Position numbers and translations under genes: made by a program. From assembly GCA_964388905.1 (NCBI GenBank), contig CAYMDG010000006.1:1-37559 (forward strand): a stretch of 37,559 bases of DNA, read 5' to 3'. Positions 7,737 through 16,526 of this stretch are shown here, piece by piece. Below the pieces are notes generated by a model. The model was not told the origin of the DNA, ran no database searches, and worked only from the letters and a program-made list of their open reading frames with translations. How positions within the stretch are numbered: position 1 is the stretch's first letter; each line of letters starts with the position of its first letter. The stretch comes from an uncultured Bacteriovoracaceae bacterium (GTDB taxonomy: Bacteria > Desulfobacterota > Desulfomonilia > UBA1062).

Positions 7737-9692
7737 TTACAATATTTTTTGCAACGTGTTTGCAATTTGTTTAGGGACTAATTTCAACCAAAAATCCTTA
7801 ACATTTTTCCTGTCCCAATACGGGAGGCCAGCACTCTTCACCCACAAATCCAAATCCTTTCCATCGAGAGTTACAGTTTTTCTGTCATTGTTTGCGGAGA
7901 TATTGCAAGCAATAATCGCAGTAGCCAATCCATCTTTGAGTCCCTGCTCCAAGTCATCACTATCAGATAGACATCTGCCTAGTATAAGAGATCTAGCCTC
8001 TTTGGGGTCTCTATGCCAGAGCGCGCTCAAAACGTCTCCTAACACCTGTCTTCGCCTACAACCTGCTGCCATAGCAAGTTGTGCTCCTTGAACGGCTTGA
8101 TCGTATACTTTTGAATGGTCAGGCTTTTCAGCCTTTGCATTTACTTTAGCACAGTCAAGGGCAACCTTGGCTGCAATGGATTCCCAACCAATATCCATCA
8201 GTCTAGGGATCAGGTTCTTGTTTGGTCGCTCAAGCCAGACCTTTTGTGCAAACTCTATCCTGTCGGATAAAACTCTGTCAGCAGATATCCTGACCATCCA
8301 CTCCTTTTCAATTTTAGGATTCAAAGGCTGGTTTAATTCAAATTTACCAATGAAAAGATCAAACCAAAGTCTAGGATCATCATTTGCGAGCTTTGGATTT
8401 TTAATGGATGCGTCACTTACAGCTTTCCAAAGCTGAGGGCGTATTTCGATGTCATCCTGACGGTATAGATATAGATGATGGCGAAGATGCTTTTCTAATT
8501 TGGCGGCAGTTGGCCAGAAATCAGGGTTGGATTTTACGTGAGATATCGTTTTATCAGCAATCTTTTTAAGGTCATCTTTTGGTGTACCACTGTGTTTTAG
8601 CCACTTGTGATGCAAAGGTGATTCATAATCACCTTGACTATCGAGAAACTCAGCAATTTCTGTCAATTTTTTCTCATTCAGTTTATCAGGTTTGGATAGT
8701 TTATGTAGGAGAAGTATTCGATCCAACAAATCTTCCTTTGCTTCATTAACAAAGGGCACTACATCAACACCATAACATCCACGCATCGCGACTGACCAAT
8801 AACGGTATGGCCCTGCACTATGGTTAAGGAAATTAATTTTATTATCTCCTCCATCATGATGCATCAGGGCAAGATGATGCTGACCTAGGTAAGGCTTCGT
8901 ACGCTTAACAAAAGCTGTAGCATTTCGAATAGGGATATCAGTCCACGAAACACCTAAAGTCAGTACAGATCTTTTGCTAAACAGGTCATTTAAAAAGGAC
9001 TGATAATGAATATCATCATTTTGAATTACATTGTATCCCCAGGAATCGAGTATGGGTTTGGTAAGGGTAGTAACCCGACCATGAAGGTAGATAAAATAGA
9101 TGAGCTTGGGATCTATCTCCGGTTGAGGAAATAGAAAGCTCGGAAGATCCTCCCGATTCAAAACGATTAGTTGATAACCTGGTCTTTCTTTATTCAAATA
9201 AATATTCAAGGCTTGCTCTATGTAAGGAGTGTAGTTTGTTGTAACAATCATATTGGACGAGGAAAGTAGTGATACAAGCTTCCATGTATAACTAGTTTCA
9301 GTAATTATTGGGTTAATTTTTTTAACCAATATCTTGCGGATCTTCTTATGAAATGAATTTTCCCCCAGCCTTATTTTAGGGTAAAAAGCCATTTCAGTAG
9401 GCCACCATTTAGCTAATTCATCATAGGTACTCTTCAGCCAAGGTCGTTTAAGACCACTTTTATATTTATTTGGAATCAGATCATAAAGTCGATTAAGACC
9501 ACTTTTATATATATTTGGAGTCAGATCATAAATAAGCTCTTGCCAATTTTTTATATCAGTATTAGGGCAAGAATCGCTTATAATAGCTTTATCAACTCCC
9601 GCTCCAAGATAAAAAGCGATTTCCCCACGAGATCTTACGTCTGCAATTGAACCTAAGGTTCGATTTGTTGACGGAGAGTAATTGATTATCAT
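7737..9692 (-). CDS. SIR2-like (SIR2_2) domain protein with long helical C-terminal region
   Basis: FYLGAGV..W.ELI, IVTTNY(T), IYLHG and LTLGVSWTD motifs of defence-associated sirtuin NADases. 651 aa. Confidence 0.85.
   Translation of the reverse strand: MIINYSPSTNRTLGSIADVRSRGEIAFYLGAGVDKAIISDSCPNTDIKNWQELIYDLTPNIYKSGLNRLYDLIPNKYKSGLKRPWLKSTYDELAKWWPTEMAFYPKIRLGENSFHKKIRKILVKKINPIITETSYTWKLVSLLSSSNMIVTTNYTPYIEQALNIYLNKERPGYQLIVLNREDLPSFLFPQPEIDPKLIYFIYLHGRVTTLTKPILDSWGYNVIQNDDIHYQSFLNDLFSKRSVLTLGVSWTDIPIRNATAFVKRTKPYLGQHHLALMHHDGGDNKINFLNHSAGPYRYWSVAMRGCYGVDVVPFVNEAKEDLLDRILLLHKLSKPDKLNEKKLTEIAEFLDSQGDYESPLHHKWLKHSGTPKDDLKKIADKTISHVKSNPDFWPTAAKLEKHLRHHLYLYRQDDIEIRPQLWKAVSDASIKNPKLANDDPRLWFDLFIGKFELNQPLNPKIEKEWMVRISADRVLSDRIEFAQKVWLERPNKNLIPRLMDIGWESIAAKVALDCAKVNAKAEKPDHSKVYDQAVQGAQLAMAAGCRRRQVLGDVLSALWHRDPKEARSLILGRCLSDSDDLEQGLKDGLATAIIACNISANNDRKTVTLDGKDLDLWVKSAGLPYWDRKNVKDFWLKLVPKQIANTLQKIL
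9443..9532. repeat. 45-bp tandem duplication inside the SIR2 gene
   Basis: 9443-9487 and 9488-9532 are 42/45 identical and encode YDLTPNIYKSGLNRL / YDLIPNKYKSGLKRP. Confidence 0.9.
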
Positions 9693-10360
9693 CTCTGAAA
9701 GTTCCCCTTAATTATGGAATATTTCTTCTAGTCTTTACCTCTATAATTACATCATGTGTCAGAATAATGTATTAAAATATTTTCACCTTGGGTTATATTT
9801 GTTGCACTTAGAATTATATCGCCAATAGTGATTAAAACCTGTGCAAGAATTACTCTCGTTTTACTTGCTGTCTTGAAGATAATCACAATAGACTGTCATG
9901 ACACTGAATATATTCATATCATATGATGTTGGAATAATCCATATTGAGCTACCCTTTGTGTTGTTCAAGCGATTATAGCTTTCGTACCACGTTTCAGATG
10001 GTTATATCCCCATGAATGAAGCCACCGATATTCACTGTTTACCCACAGTCAATTTCCTCGTAGATGTCTTGTTCACAATGACCTCAGGTGCGCTAGCATT
10101 ATCGTTTAGATCCTGCGAAAACTGGATCGTTAACTATCGATATATTATCCCCGTAACTGGATTTCCGATACAATGGAACGCTGATATATCAAAATTCATA
10201 TCTCTCTTCTCTAAGGTTCAGGATGCATATGATGGAATATGAAAGCCCTGAGATGGGAGAATCGTGCTCAAACGGTTGCAAGTAAGAAGTGTCTTTTGGA
10301 AGTTCAGATCAGTGGGAAGCAAATGCTTACACGCAGAATCTCGGGACTTGGATATGAACG

Positions 10361-10438
10361 CCCATTCCAGTACCATTGTTAATATTCGGTTCTGGTTTGG
10401 CAGGATTGTTGACAACCAAGAGAAGGAAGAGAAGCTAG
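10361..10438 (+). pseudogene. Remnant of a PEP-CTERM/VPLPA-CTERM-type sorting signal
   Basis: Reads PIPVPLLIFGSGLAGLLTTKRRKRS*, i.e. Pro motif, hydrophobic GSGL.GL segment and basic tail. In-frame stops lie just upstream. Confidence 0.55.
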
Positions 10439-10851
10439 CAAACAAAGGTGGAATGACATATCCGATCGCCAGAGGAGATTGGTTGATACCCCTTCCTCGG
10501 CATCTTAACTACCTAGTTTCGTTGATTCCTATGAAAGAATGTCATGCTTTAAGCATAAATATTCTATACCTTTTGGCATAAAATCATCCGTTTCTCTAGT
10601 CTTGCGGATTCGATCATTTATCGCAGAGATCTTCAATCAAATATGGAATTGATCTAAGGCTTATTATATAAGAATTAAGTAATTATGTACCTATAATCTC
10701 ACTCCAAGAAATCTCTGAGCATGTTCAATGAGAAGTGGAGGCAATTATTTTTATCTATGGGAATGAGAACAGCGTATCTAGGTCAGTAAATATTCTGATA
10801 TACAGCCTTGAGTCGGTATAGTAATTGTTAGGTGTGAGGAGATCGTAGGCA

Positions 10852-11727
10852 ATGGCAAATATTCCTGAAATCCAGGCACAATCGTGGTCTCATCTGATGG
10901 GGTTGCTCTATGAAGACTCATGGGATCCAACTATAGAAAGATTTCGTTCGTCTTTTGCTTTTAGAGGAGTTTCAAATAGTACATGGGAACTAGAAACATC
11001 GTTGATACGATTAGGTGGCCCTGTAGAGCTATTAGAAAAACACCTTCTTCGTAATTTCAGAAAATACGCGCATTCACATATTGTGGATCGTGACTCACTC
11101 TGGTACTGGCTCACATTTGCACAGCATCATGGTCTTCCAACGCGCCTTCTTGATTGGACATATTCGCCCTATGTAGCCCTACACTTCGCTACCAACAACG
11201 TGTCCTATTTTAAGAATGATGGGGCGATTTGGATGACCAATATTCCAGGTATTCACAAAGTTCTTCCTAATATTCTTTCAGATGCAATGGAGCAGGAAGG
11301 TTCGTTTGTTTTTACAACAGAAATGTTAACTCGATTCGAGCAGCCTGAGTTGCAAGCGAGTTTCAGTTTTTTTGGTGTTGGTGCATCAAAAAAAATAGGT
11401 GGGCTGAAGACGATTCGAACCCTCGAAGACTTCGATAAATTGGCTAAGAATGAATTTCTAGTATTCTTTGAGCCACCTTCAATTGATGAACGGGTCGTTA
11501 ATCAGTTTGCTTTATTTTCAGTATTATCAAACCCAAAAAAAACTATTGACTCTTTTCTGAAGACACATACCCAGAATGTAAGGAAGGTTGTGATTCCTGC
11601 GACACTAAAGCCAGAAATTAGAGACAAACTCGATCAAGCCAACATAACGGAACGCGTTTTGTTTCCAGGATTGGATGGACTAAGTGACTGGCTCAAACGA
11701 CATTATGGTAGATATCCAGCTATCTAA
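10852..11727 (+). CDS. FRG domain protein
   Basis: AFRGVS, QHHGLPTRLLDWTYSPYVALHFA, R...Q...F and L...NI....LFPGLDG motifs. RBS GAGGAG. Confidence 0.92.
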   Translation: MANIPEIQAQSWSHLMGLLYEDSWDPTIERFRSSFAFRGVSNSTWELETSLIRLGGPVELLEKHLLRNFRKYAHSHIVDRDSLWYWLTFAQHHGLPTRLLDWTYSPYVALHFATNNVSYFKNDGAIWMTNIPGIHKVLPNILSDAMEQEGSFVFTTEMLTRFEQPELQASFSFFGVGASKKIGGLKTIRTLEDFDKLAKNEFLVFFEPPSIDERVVNQFALFSVLSNPKKTIDSFLKTHTQNVRKVVIPATLKPEIRDKLDQANITERVLFPGLDGLSDWLKRHYGRYPAI

Positions 11728-11777
11728 AAAAGGCTTTAGCGGATTACTTCGATAACTCACCGGTTTCATCTTTAGAT
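11722..11777 (+). other. Degenerate attC-like (integron cassette) site
   Basis: ATCTAAA...AGCGGATTACTTCG...TTTAGAT spans 56 bp, has complementary ends and overlaps the FRG stop. GTTAGGT lies at 10827-10833 just before the gene. Confidence 0.4.
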
Positions 11778-11826
11778 AATCAACCACAGATCTCGAAAAA
11801 GAATCATCGAATCATTACAGTTTTTG

Positions 11827-11997
11827 TGTCCGATAAGAGATGATTAATGGACATTACGACTTAGATATAGGGTATTGTGATAAATTTATAATGGATAGCC
11901 CCGATTATAAACCTTCTAGAACCAAATACATTACAGCCAGTCACTTTATTTAATGAAGGCTGACAACAATCAAACCATCGTTTAATAACGTTGTCAG
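11827..11997. promoter_or_regulatory. res-like resolvase binding sites
   Basis: TGTCCGATAA-N7-TTAATGGACA (11827-11853) resembles Tn3/gamma-delta res subsites. CTGACAAC..GTTGTCAG inverted repeat at 11960-11997, directly upstream of the resolvase. Confidence 0.5.
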
Positions 11998-12015
11998 ATA
12001 AAAAAGAGGGCATAA

Positions 12016-12684
12016 ATTATTAAGGGTAAATATGTTTCCTATTATCGAGTAAGCACCCAAAAGCAGGGAAACTCAGGATTGGGTCTCGATGCTCAAAAGA
12101 AAACTGTTATGGATTACCTGAATGGTAGGAACTGGGATTTGCTCAGGGAGTTCACTGAGATTGAAACTGGTAAAGGTTCTAATGCCCTCTCAAAAAGAGC
12201 TGTTTTAAAAGAGGCTATAACCTTTGCCAAGAAAAACAATGCCACCCTCATTATCGCAAAGCTAGATCGGCTTGCACGGAATGTACTTTTTATTGCTACT
12301 CTGTTGGAGAGCAAGGCGAAGTTTGTATGTGCAGACATGCCAGAAGCTAACAGCCTTACTATACAGATCATGGCAGCTATGGCCGAGTATGAAGCCAAGA
12401 AGATCAGTGAGCGAACTAGGGAAGCTCTTGCCCAAGCGAAAGCAAGGGGCGTAAAACTTGGCAACCCGAACCTGAATATTGATAACACTATGCGGATTGT
12501 CCAGGCAAACAACTTTGCAGACAACTTGCGGCAGACTATTCAAGCCTATATAAACAATGGCCTGTCACAGAGGCAGATTGTTGAACAGCTCAACAAGACA
12601 GGCGTAAAGACTTACAAGGGTAAGGATTGGCATCTAATAAGTCTTCAGAGAGTCATCAAGAGGCTGGGCTTGGTGAGCTATTAG
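12016..12684 (+). CDS. Serine recombinase (resolvase/invertase family) with C-terminal HTH, apparent ATT start
   Basis: The catalytic YYRVSTQKQ motif is in frame at 12040-12066, upstream of the track start at 12079. Also LIIAKLDRLARN and E...ISERT..AL..AK.RG..LG. An in-frame TAA sits at 12013, followed by ATT ATT after RBS GAGGG. Confidence 0.85.
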   Translation: MIKGKYVSYYRVSTQKQGNSGLGLDAQKKTVMDYLNGRNWDLLREFTEIETGKGSNALSKRAVLKEAITFAKKNNATLIIAKLDRLARNVLFIATLLESKAKFVCADMPEANSLTIQIMAAMAEYEAKKISERTREALAQAKARGVKLGNPNLNIDNTMRIVQANNFADNLRQTIQAYINNGLSQRQIVEQLNKTGVKTYKGKDWHLISLQRVIKRLGLVSY

Positions 12685-12734
12685 GTGGGAAACGGCTATC
12701 GTTCAAGTTATAAGAAGTAGAGGAGGAATTATAA

Positions 12735-13358
12735 ATGGGACCACGAAATAGATCAATCCTTGCCAGCCTTCCATGGTGGGCCAGTGTAATTATAGCAATT
12801 GTCGCTTACCTCTTGCTCAAATATTGGATACCATCCATTGCATTTAATCATGATGACCCTCTAAGCAAGGCGTTGGCTGAGGCTGTAGCAACGATGATTG
12901 CTCCTATCGTTGGTGGGGCATTCCTTATTGTTGCAGCTTTATCGGCTTTTAGGACTTGGCGAAAAGGCTCTTTGCTTGAAGGGCAAAAAGGTATCGAGAC
13001 TATCCGTAAAATTAGTTGGCAGGAGTTTGAAGAGCTTGTTAGTGAGGCATATAGGAGAAAAGACTACACTGTGACTGAAACTGGTGGAGGTGGAGCAGAC
13101 GATGGGGTTGATCTGATCTTAAAAAAGAAGGGTGAGAAACTCCTTGTACAATGCAAACACTGGAGAATGGAAAAAGTTGGAGTAATGGTAGTACGAGAAC
13201 TTTATGGAGTTATGACTGCTGAAGGTGCAACTGGTGGGATTGTTATATCCTCTGGTTCATTCACCGTAGAGGCAACAGAATTTGCTAGAGGCAAACCGCT
13301 TGAATTGCTAAATGGTGATGCCCTGCTCAAGATCATAGAAGATGTACAAAAGACATAA
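12735..13358 (+). CDS. Mrr-family (type IV) restriction endonuclease with N-terminal TM helices, truncated before its zinc ribbon
   Basis: W.EFEELV.E.YR..DY.V..TG..G.D.GVDL......LVQCKHW..VGV..VREL.G...G.VI.SG.FT..A..FA motif set. Confidence 0.85.
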   Translation: MGPRNRSILASLPWWASVIIAIVAYLLLKYWIPSIAFNHDDPLSKALAEAVATMIAPIVGGAFLIVAALSAFRTWRKGSLLEGQKGIETIRKISWQEFEELVSEAYRRKDYTVTETGGGGADDGVDLILKKKGEKLLVQCKHWRMEKVGVMVVRELYGVMTAEGATGGIVISSGSFTVEATEFARGKPLELLNGDALLKIIEDVQKT

Positions 13359-13523
13359 AAGAAACCAATAAATGTTAGTTCAAAATTATCTACTCCTATT
13401 TGCCCCCTTTGTGGAAAAGATATGGTACTACGGACAGCAACGAAGGGAGCCAATACAGGGGGGAAGTTCTGGGGGTGTTCAACCTACCCAAAGTGTCGAG
13501 GTATTAGACCCTATCGCCCCTAA
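13359..13523 (+). pseudogene. Detached topoisomerase-type C4 zinc-ribbon tail of the Mrr gene
   Basis: Same frame as Mrr after TAA 13356-13358: KKPINVSSKLSTPICPLCGKDMVLRTATKGANTGGKFWGCSTYPKCRGIRPYRP*. Confidence 0.85.
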
Positions 13524-13639
13524 CTCTTCGCACACAAATGGAGAGATCTTGGATATTTAATCCTTGCGAAAAGTATCAGGTTGACAGCAATATCTTGATG
13601 GTTCTTAAATGATTTAAAATTGGAACTATTGGAAACAAG

Positions 13640-14752
13640 ATGAATTATCCCTCTTCAGCATACTCTTGGGATATCTTATCCGATGATGTTGCTATAAAGC
13701 ACATGGATAAATCCGCTTTCATGCACCATGGAACCGGCATTCCTAAAGAAATAGCCTTTTTCTTTGATCTTCCAGAAAATAGTTTCATCGCACCTAAACC
13801 TATTCAGTTAATGTTTGGAGCTAATACTTATAACGCCCACATTCAACTGGATGCAGTGCAATCGAGATATCGATTATTTTGGAAAACCGACTTCGCAGAT
13901 CAGCTTATAGAACAGTTTCCATATTTCTATAGAAAGTATGCTCTAAACGAAGAATTTGTCGATGAAGTCCCGTCAATGAGATTTGAACGAATCAAACCAG
14001 ATACATTTAAAATTGATTTTATTGAATCCGCTACCTTGCATCAGGACACTGATTCGAAGTCTATAGAATGGACAGACCAAGAACTTGAAGCTGTAATCTA
14101 TGCTTATTTCACAATGCTGAACAAAGAGCTAAGAGGCAGGAAATATAATAAAGCTGAGGTAAATAGACATCTACGCAGCTTGGAACTTACCAATAGAAGC
14201 AAGGGCTCAGTTGAATTCAGAATGCAGAACATCTCCTCGGTACTTCAGCAGTTATGTCACCCGATTATTCAGGGGTATCTCCCAAGAATGAATGTGGGTG
14301 CGGATGTATCGGAGAGAATCAAGAAGATCATCTTTCAAAGAAAATTTCTAAACGAGAGGGATTACTCCCCAACGGCTGATGATAACGACCTAGATAAAAG
14401 AGTAAGCTATCTTCTTAGAAAAAAAATTATTGGAATACCAAAAGGACAACGGCACCCAAAGAAACATCAGTCCACTCAAACAATTTATGAGAGAGATCCT
14501 CTAGTCAAAGCTTGGGTTCTACAAAATGCAAACGGGACCTGCGAGTTATGCAAAAACCCAGGTCCATTTCGAAACAAGTTGGGCGAATGGTTTTTGGAAG
14601 AACACCATATTGTTTCCCTTGCTGATAGTGGTCCAGATATTATTGAGAATACTGTGGCATTATGCCCCAACTGTCACAGGAAGTGTCATTTGTCACCAGA
14701 AGCGGATAAGGTTCAAAGAGAACTAAGAAATACGATTGAAAGAATTGAGTAG
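13640..14752 (+). CDS. HNH endonuclease with McrA-like C-terminus, putative modification-dependent restriction enzyme
   Basis: ERDP.VKAWVL..ANG.CELC...LE.HH...LA..G.D...N.VALCPNCHRKCH, plus a central W...EL...Y..ML...R..GS.EFRMQNIS domain. Confidence 0.85.
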   Translation: MNYPSSAYSWDILSDDVAIKHMDKSAFMHHGTGIPKEIAFFFDLPENSFIAPKPIQLMFGANTYNAHIQLDAVQSRYRLFWKTDFADQLIEQFPYFYRKYALNEEFVDEVPSMRFERIKPDTFKIDFIESATLHQDTDSKSIEWTDQELEAVIYAYFTMLNKELRGRKYNKAEVNRHLRSLELTNRSKGSVEFRMQNISSVLQQLCHPIIQGYLPRMNVGADVSERIKKIIFQRKFLNERDYSPTADDNDLDKRVSYLLRKKIIGIPKGQRHPKKHQSTQTIYERDPLVKAWVLQNANGTCELCKNPGPFRNKLGEWFLEEHHIVSLADSGPDIIENTVALCPNCHRKCHLSPEADKVQRELRNTIERIE

Positions 14753-14835
14753 ATTCATTTTAGTCATCGATTAACATCGAGAGCCAGATTTCTATTTGGT
14801 TCGATGTAATGTAATGACTTGTTAACTATCCCCCA

Positions 14836-15621
14836 TTAATGAACGTCCTCTGGTTCTGTGTGTTTTTGGCCGAGTGATACCAAGGAACCCCCATGGTTTT
14901 TTAAAACCACAGAACGAAGCTCTGAGATTTCACGCCTTAACATTAAGATCTCACTATCTTCTTTCTTCTGTGTAGGTGAAAGGAACCAGGAAGCAACAAA
15001 TCCGGACAACGTCCCAAATAGGCCAACACCTGCGATCATCAAAAATACACCTATCACACGACCTTCTATCGTCTTTGGGACCATGTCTCCATAACCTACC
15101 GTGGTCAATGTAACAAAGGACCACCAGATTGCATCAACGGGACCCTCAATGTTGGATCCAGAAGCTACTTCGAATTGGAGTATCGCTACGCTTGATACAG
15201 TAACCAAGAGGATAACGAGAAATGTCACTGAGAGAAATGCAAATTCTGTTCGTTTTTTAATTATGAAGTTGGTAAGAAGTCGTGAGGCCCGGATAGTACG
15301 TAACAACCGAAGTACCCGAAGAATTCTAGCTGTTCTTCCCAAACGAAACACATCATAGTATGGAATGCTTGAGATAAGATCAATCCATCCCCATGATATA
15401 AAATATTTCCACCGATTATTCGCACGCCAAAGACTAGCAAGGAAGTCAAAAAAGAAGATGAGACAAACCCCTGTGTCAGCCCATAAAAAAATATCTCTAC
15501 TAGCCTCATCTAATAGATTGAATGCACCAACAGCTATTAAGATAAGTGCAAAAAGGGAAAGAACAAGCATGAAGAGATCGTAAGGGGTAGCCGTTTGCTC
15601 AACATTCTGTTGGTCTCTCAT
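14836..15621 (-). CDS. Voltage-gated-type 6TM potassium channel
   Basis: TLTTVGYGD selectivity filter, Arg-rich S4 [19 protein letters not shown], and [12 protein letters not shown] 15621 follows GGAG, whereas the track starts at 15681. Confidence 0.92.
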   Translation of the reverse strand: MRDQQNVEQTATPYDLFMLVLSLFALILIAVGAFNLLDEASRDIFLWADTGVCLIFFFDFLASLWRANNRWKYFISWGWIDLISSIPYYDVFRLGRTARILRVLRLLRTIRASRLLTNFIIKKRTEFAFLSVTFLVILLVTVSSVAILQFEVASGSNIEGPVDAIWWSFVTLTTVGYGDMVPKTIEGRVIGVFLMIAGVGLFGTLSGFVASWFLSPTQKKEDSEILMLRREISELRSVVLKNHGGSLVSLGQKHTEPEDVH

Positions 15622-15751
15622 CCTGATAATCTCCAAGGAAACATGGCTTCCCACTCCATAGCAATCTCCTAAAAGTAACACTGTTTTGAATTTTACAACG
15701 TCTTAAACTAAGTACGTTTTTTTATTGTGCATTTCATTAAGTAGCACAACA

Positions 15752-16441
15752 TTATGGATTACATATCTTACAAGGCCTGTATCCTGCTTTTATCGCTTCT
15801 TCTCTTGTCTTAAAGATAGCAGTACAGTTCTTGCAATTAAAACTTTTACAGTCAGGTTTATGGAACTTGAACGAATTTTGGTTACCATGGAATTCGTCAG
15901 CATTCACATGGTTGATTAATTTATCTGATTGTACTTTAGAAAATCTATTATTAGTACCATGCCTATAGTCCCAAGGTGCTATGGGATTCGGGTCGGACCA
16001 CAGGCCAATCTCTTCTGATCTTGCTTGTTTTTCTAACTCAAGCCATTTGTCGCATTTAACATCAGTACAATATTGGCCGTATACCCATGCTAAACCTGAA
16101 ACAATAAGTTCTTCATTGAGGCACTTTTCACCAACTTTAATGAAAGCAACACTACGCCCATATTTATCAATTACAGTTGGTTCAACATGCACCCGCTTGT
16201 TAAATGTGAGTTGCGATGTAAGTTGTTTAGCTTTCTTGCCAAAGGCCTGTCCGCTTTCAGGACAATCGATGCCGTATAATCGAATCTTTTCTCCTTTACC
16301 ATCATGCATTACAGTTATAGTATCACCATCAGATACACCAACAACATTGCCTTGCCATGCGTATGCCTGACTTAAGAAAGAGCTGGCGGCGTATGAAAGA
16401 ATCATTACCAGAATGATTCTAATAAATAGTAATCTGTGCAT
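15752..16441 (-). CDS. Secreted thermonuclease (SNase) with C-terminal Ada-type metal-binding domain
   Basis: Signal peptide ending AYA, then DGDTI, IRLYGIDCPE, DKYGR and GLWSD..P..PW, with tail FH...C.........F..REEA..AGYRPCKIC. Confidence 0.92.
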   Translation of the reverse strand: MHRLLFIRIILVMILSYAASSFLSQAYAWQGNVVGVSDGDTITVMHDGKGEKIRLYGIDCPESGQAFGKKAKQLTSQLTFNKRVHVEPTVIDKYGRSVAFIKVGEKCLNEELIVSGLAWVYGQYCTDVKCDKWLELEKQARSEEIGLWSDPNPIAPWDYRHGTNNRFSKVQSDKLINHVNADEFHGNQNSFKFHKPDCKSFNCKNCTAIFKTREEAIKAGYRPCKICNP

Positions 16442-16526
16442 TATCCGATTTCGCCTTTCTTTCTACCTCATTCAAATCAATTAGTAGATGGAATATATAA
16501 AATTAACTGTTGTGAGCGTCAATCTA

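Noticed and set aside
9443-9532. CRISPR array
   Set aside because: Two abutting in-frame copies with no spacers and no cas genes. I saw no CRISPR array anywhere in the window.
7737-9692. Thoeris, DSR2 or SIR2-HerA assignment
   Set aside because: No TIR, SLOG, HerA or Argonaute partner is visible, and the neighbours differ from those systems.
10012-10581. ORFs 10012-10242, 10264-10581 and 10218-10445 as real genes
   Set aside because: No motifs or convincing RBS. Better explained as fragments overlying a decayed PEP-CTERM-type gene.
13581-13610. Sigma70 promoter for the HNH gene
   Set aside because: Perfect TTGACA but only a weak -10 at 17-18 bp spacing in AT-rich DNA, so insufficient support.
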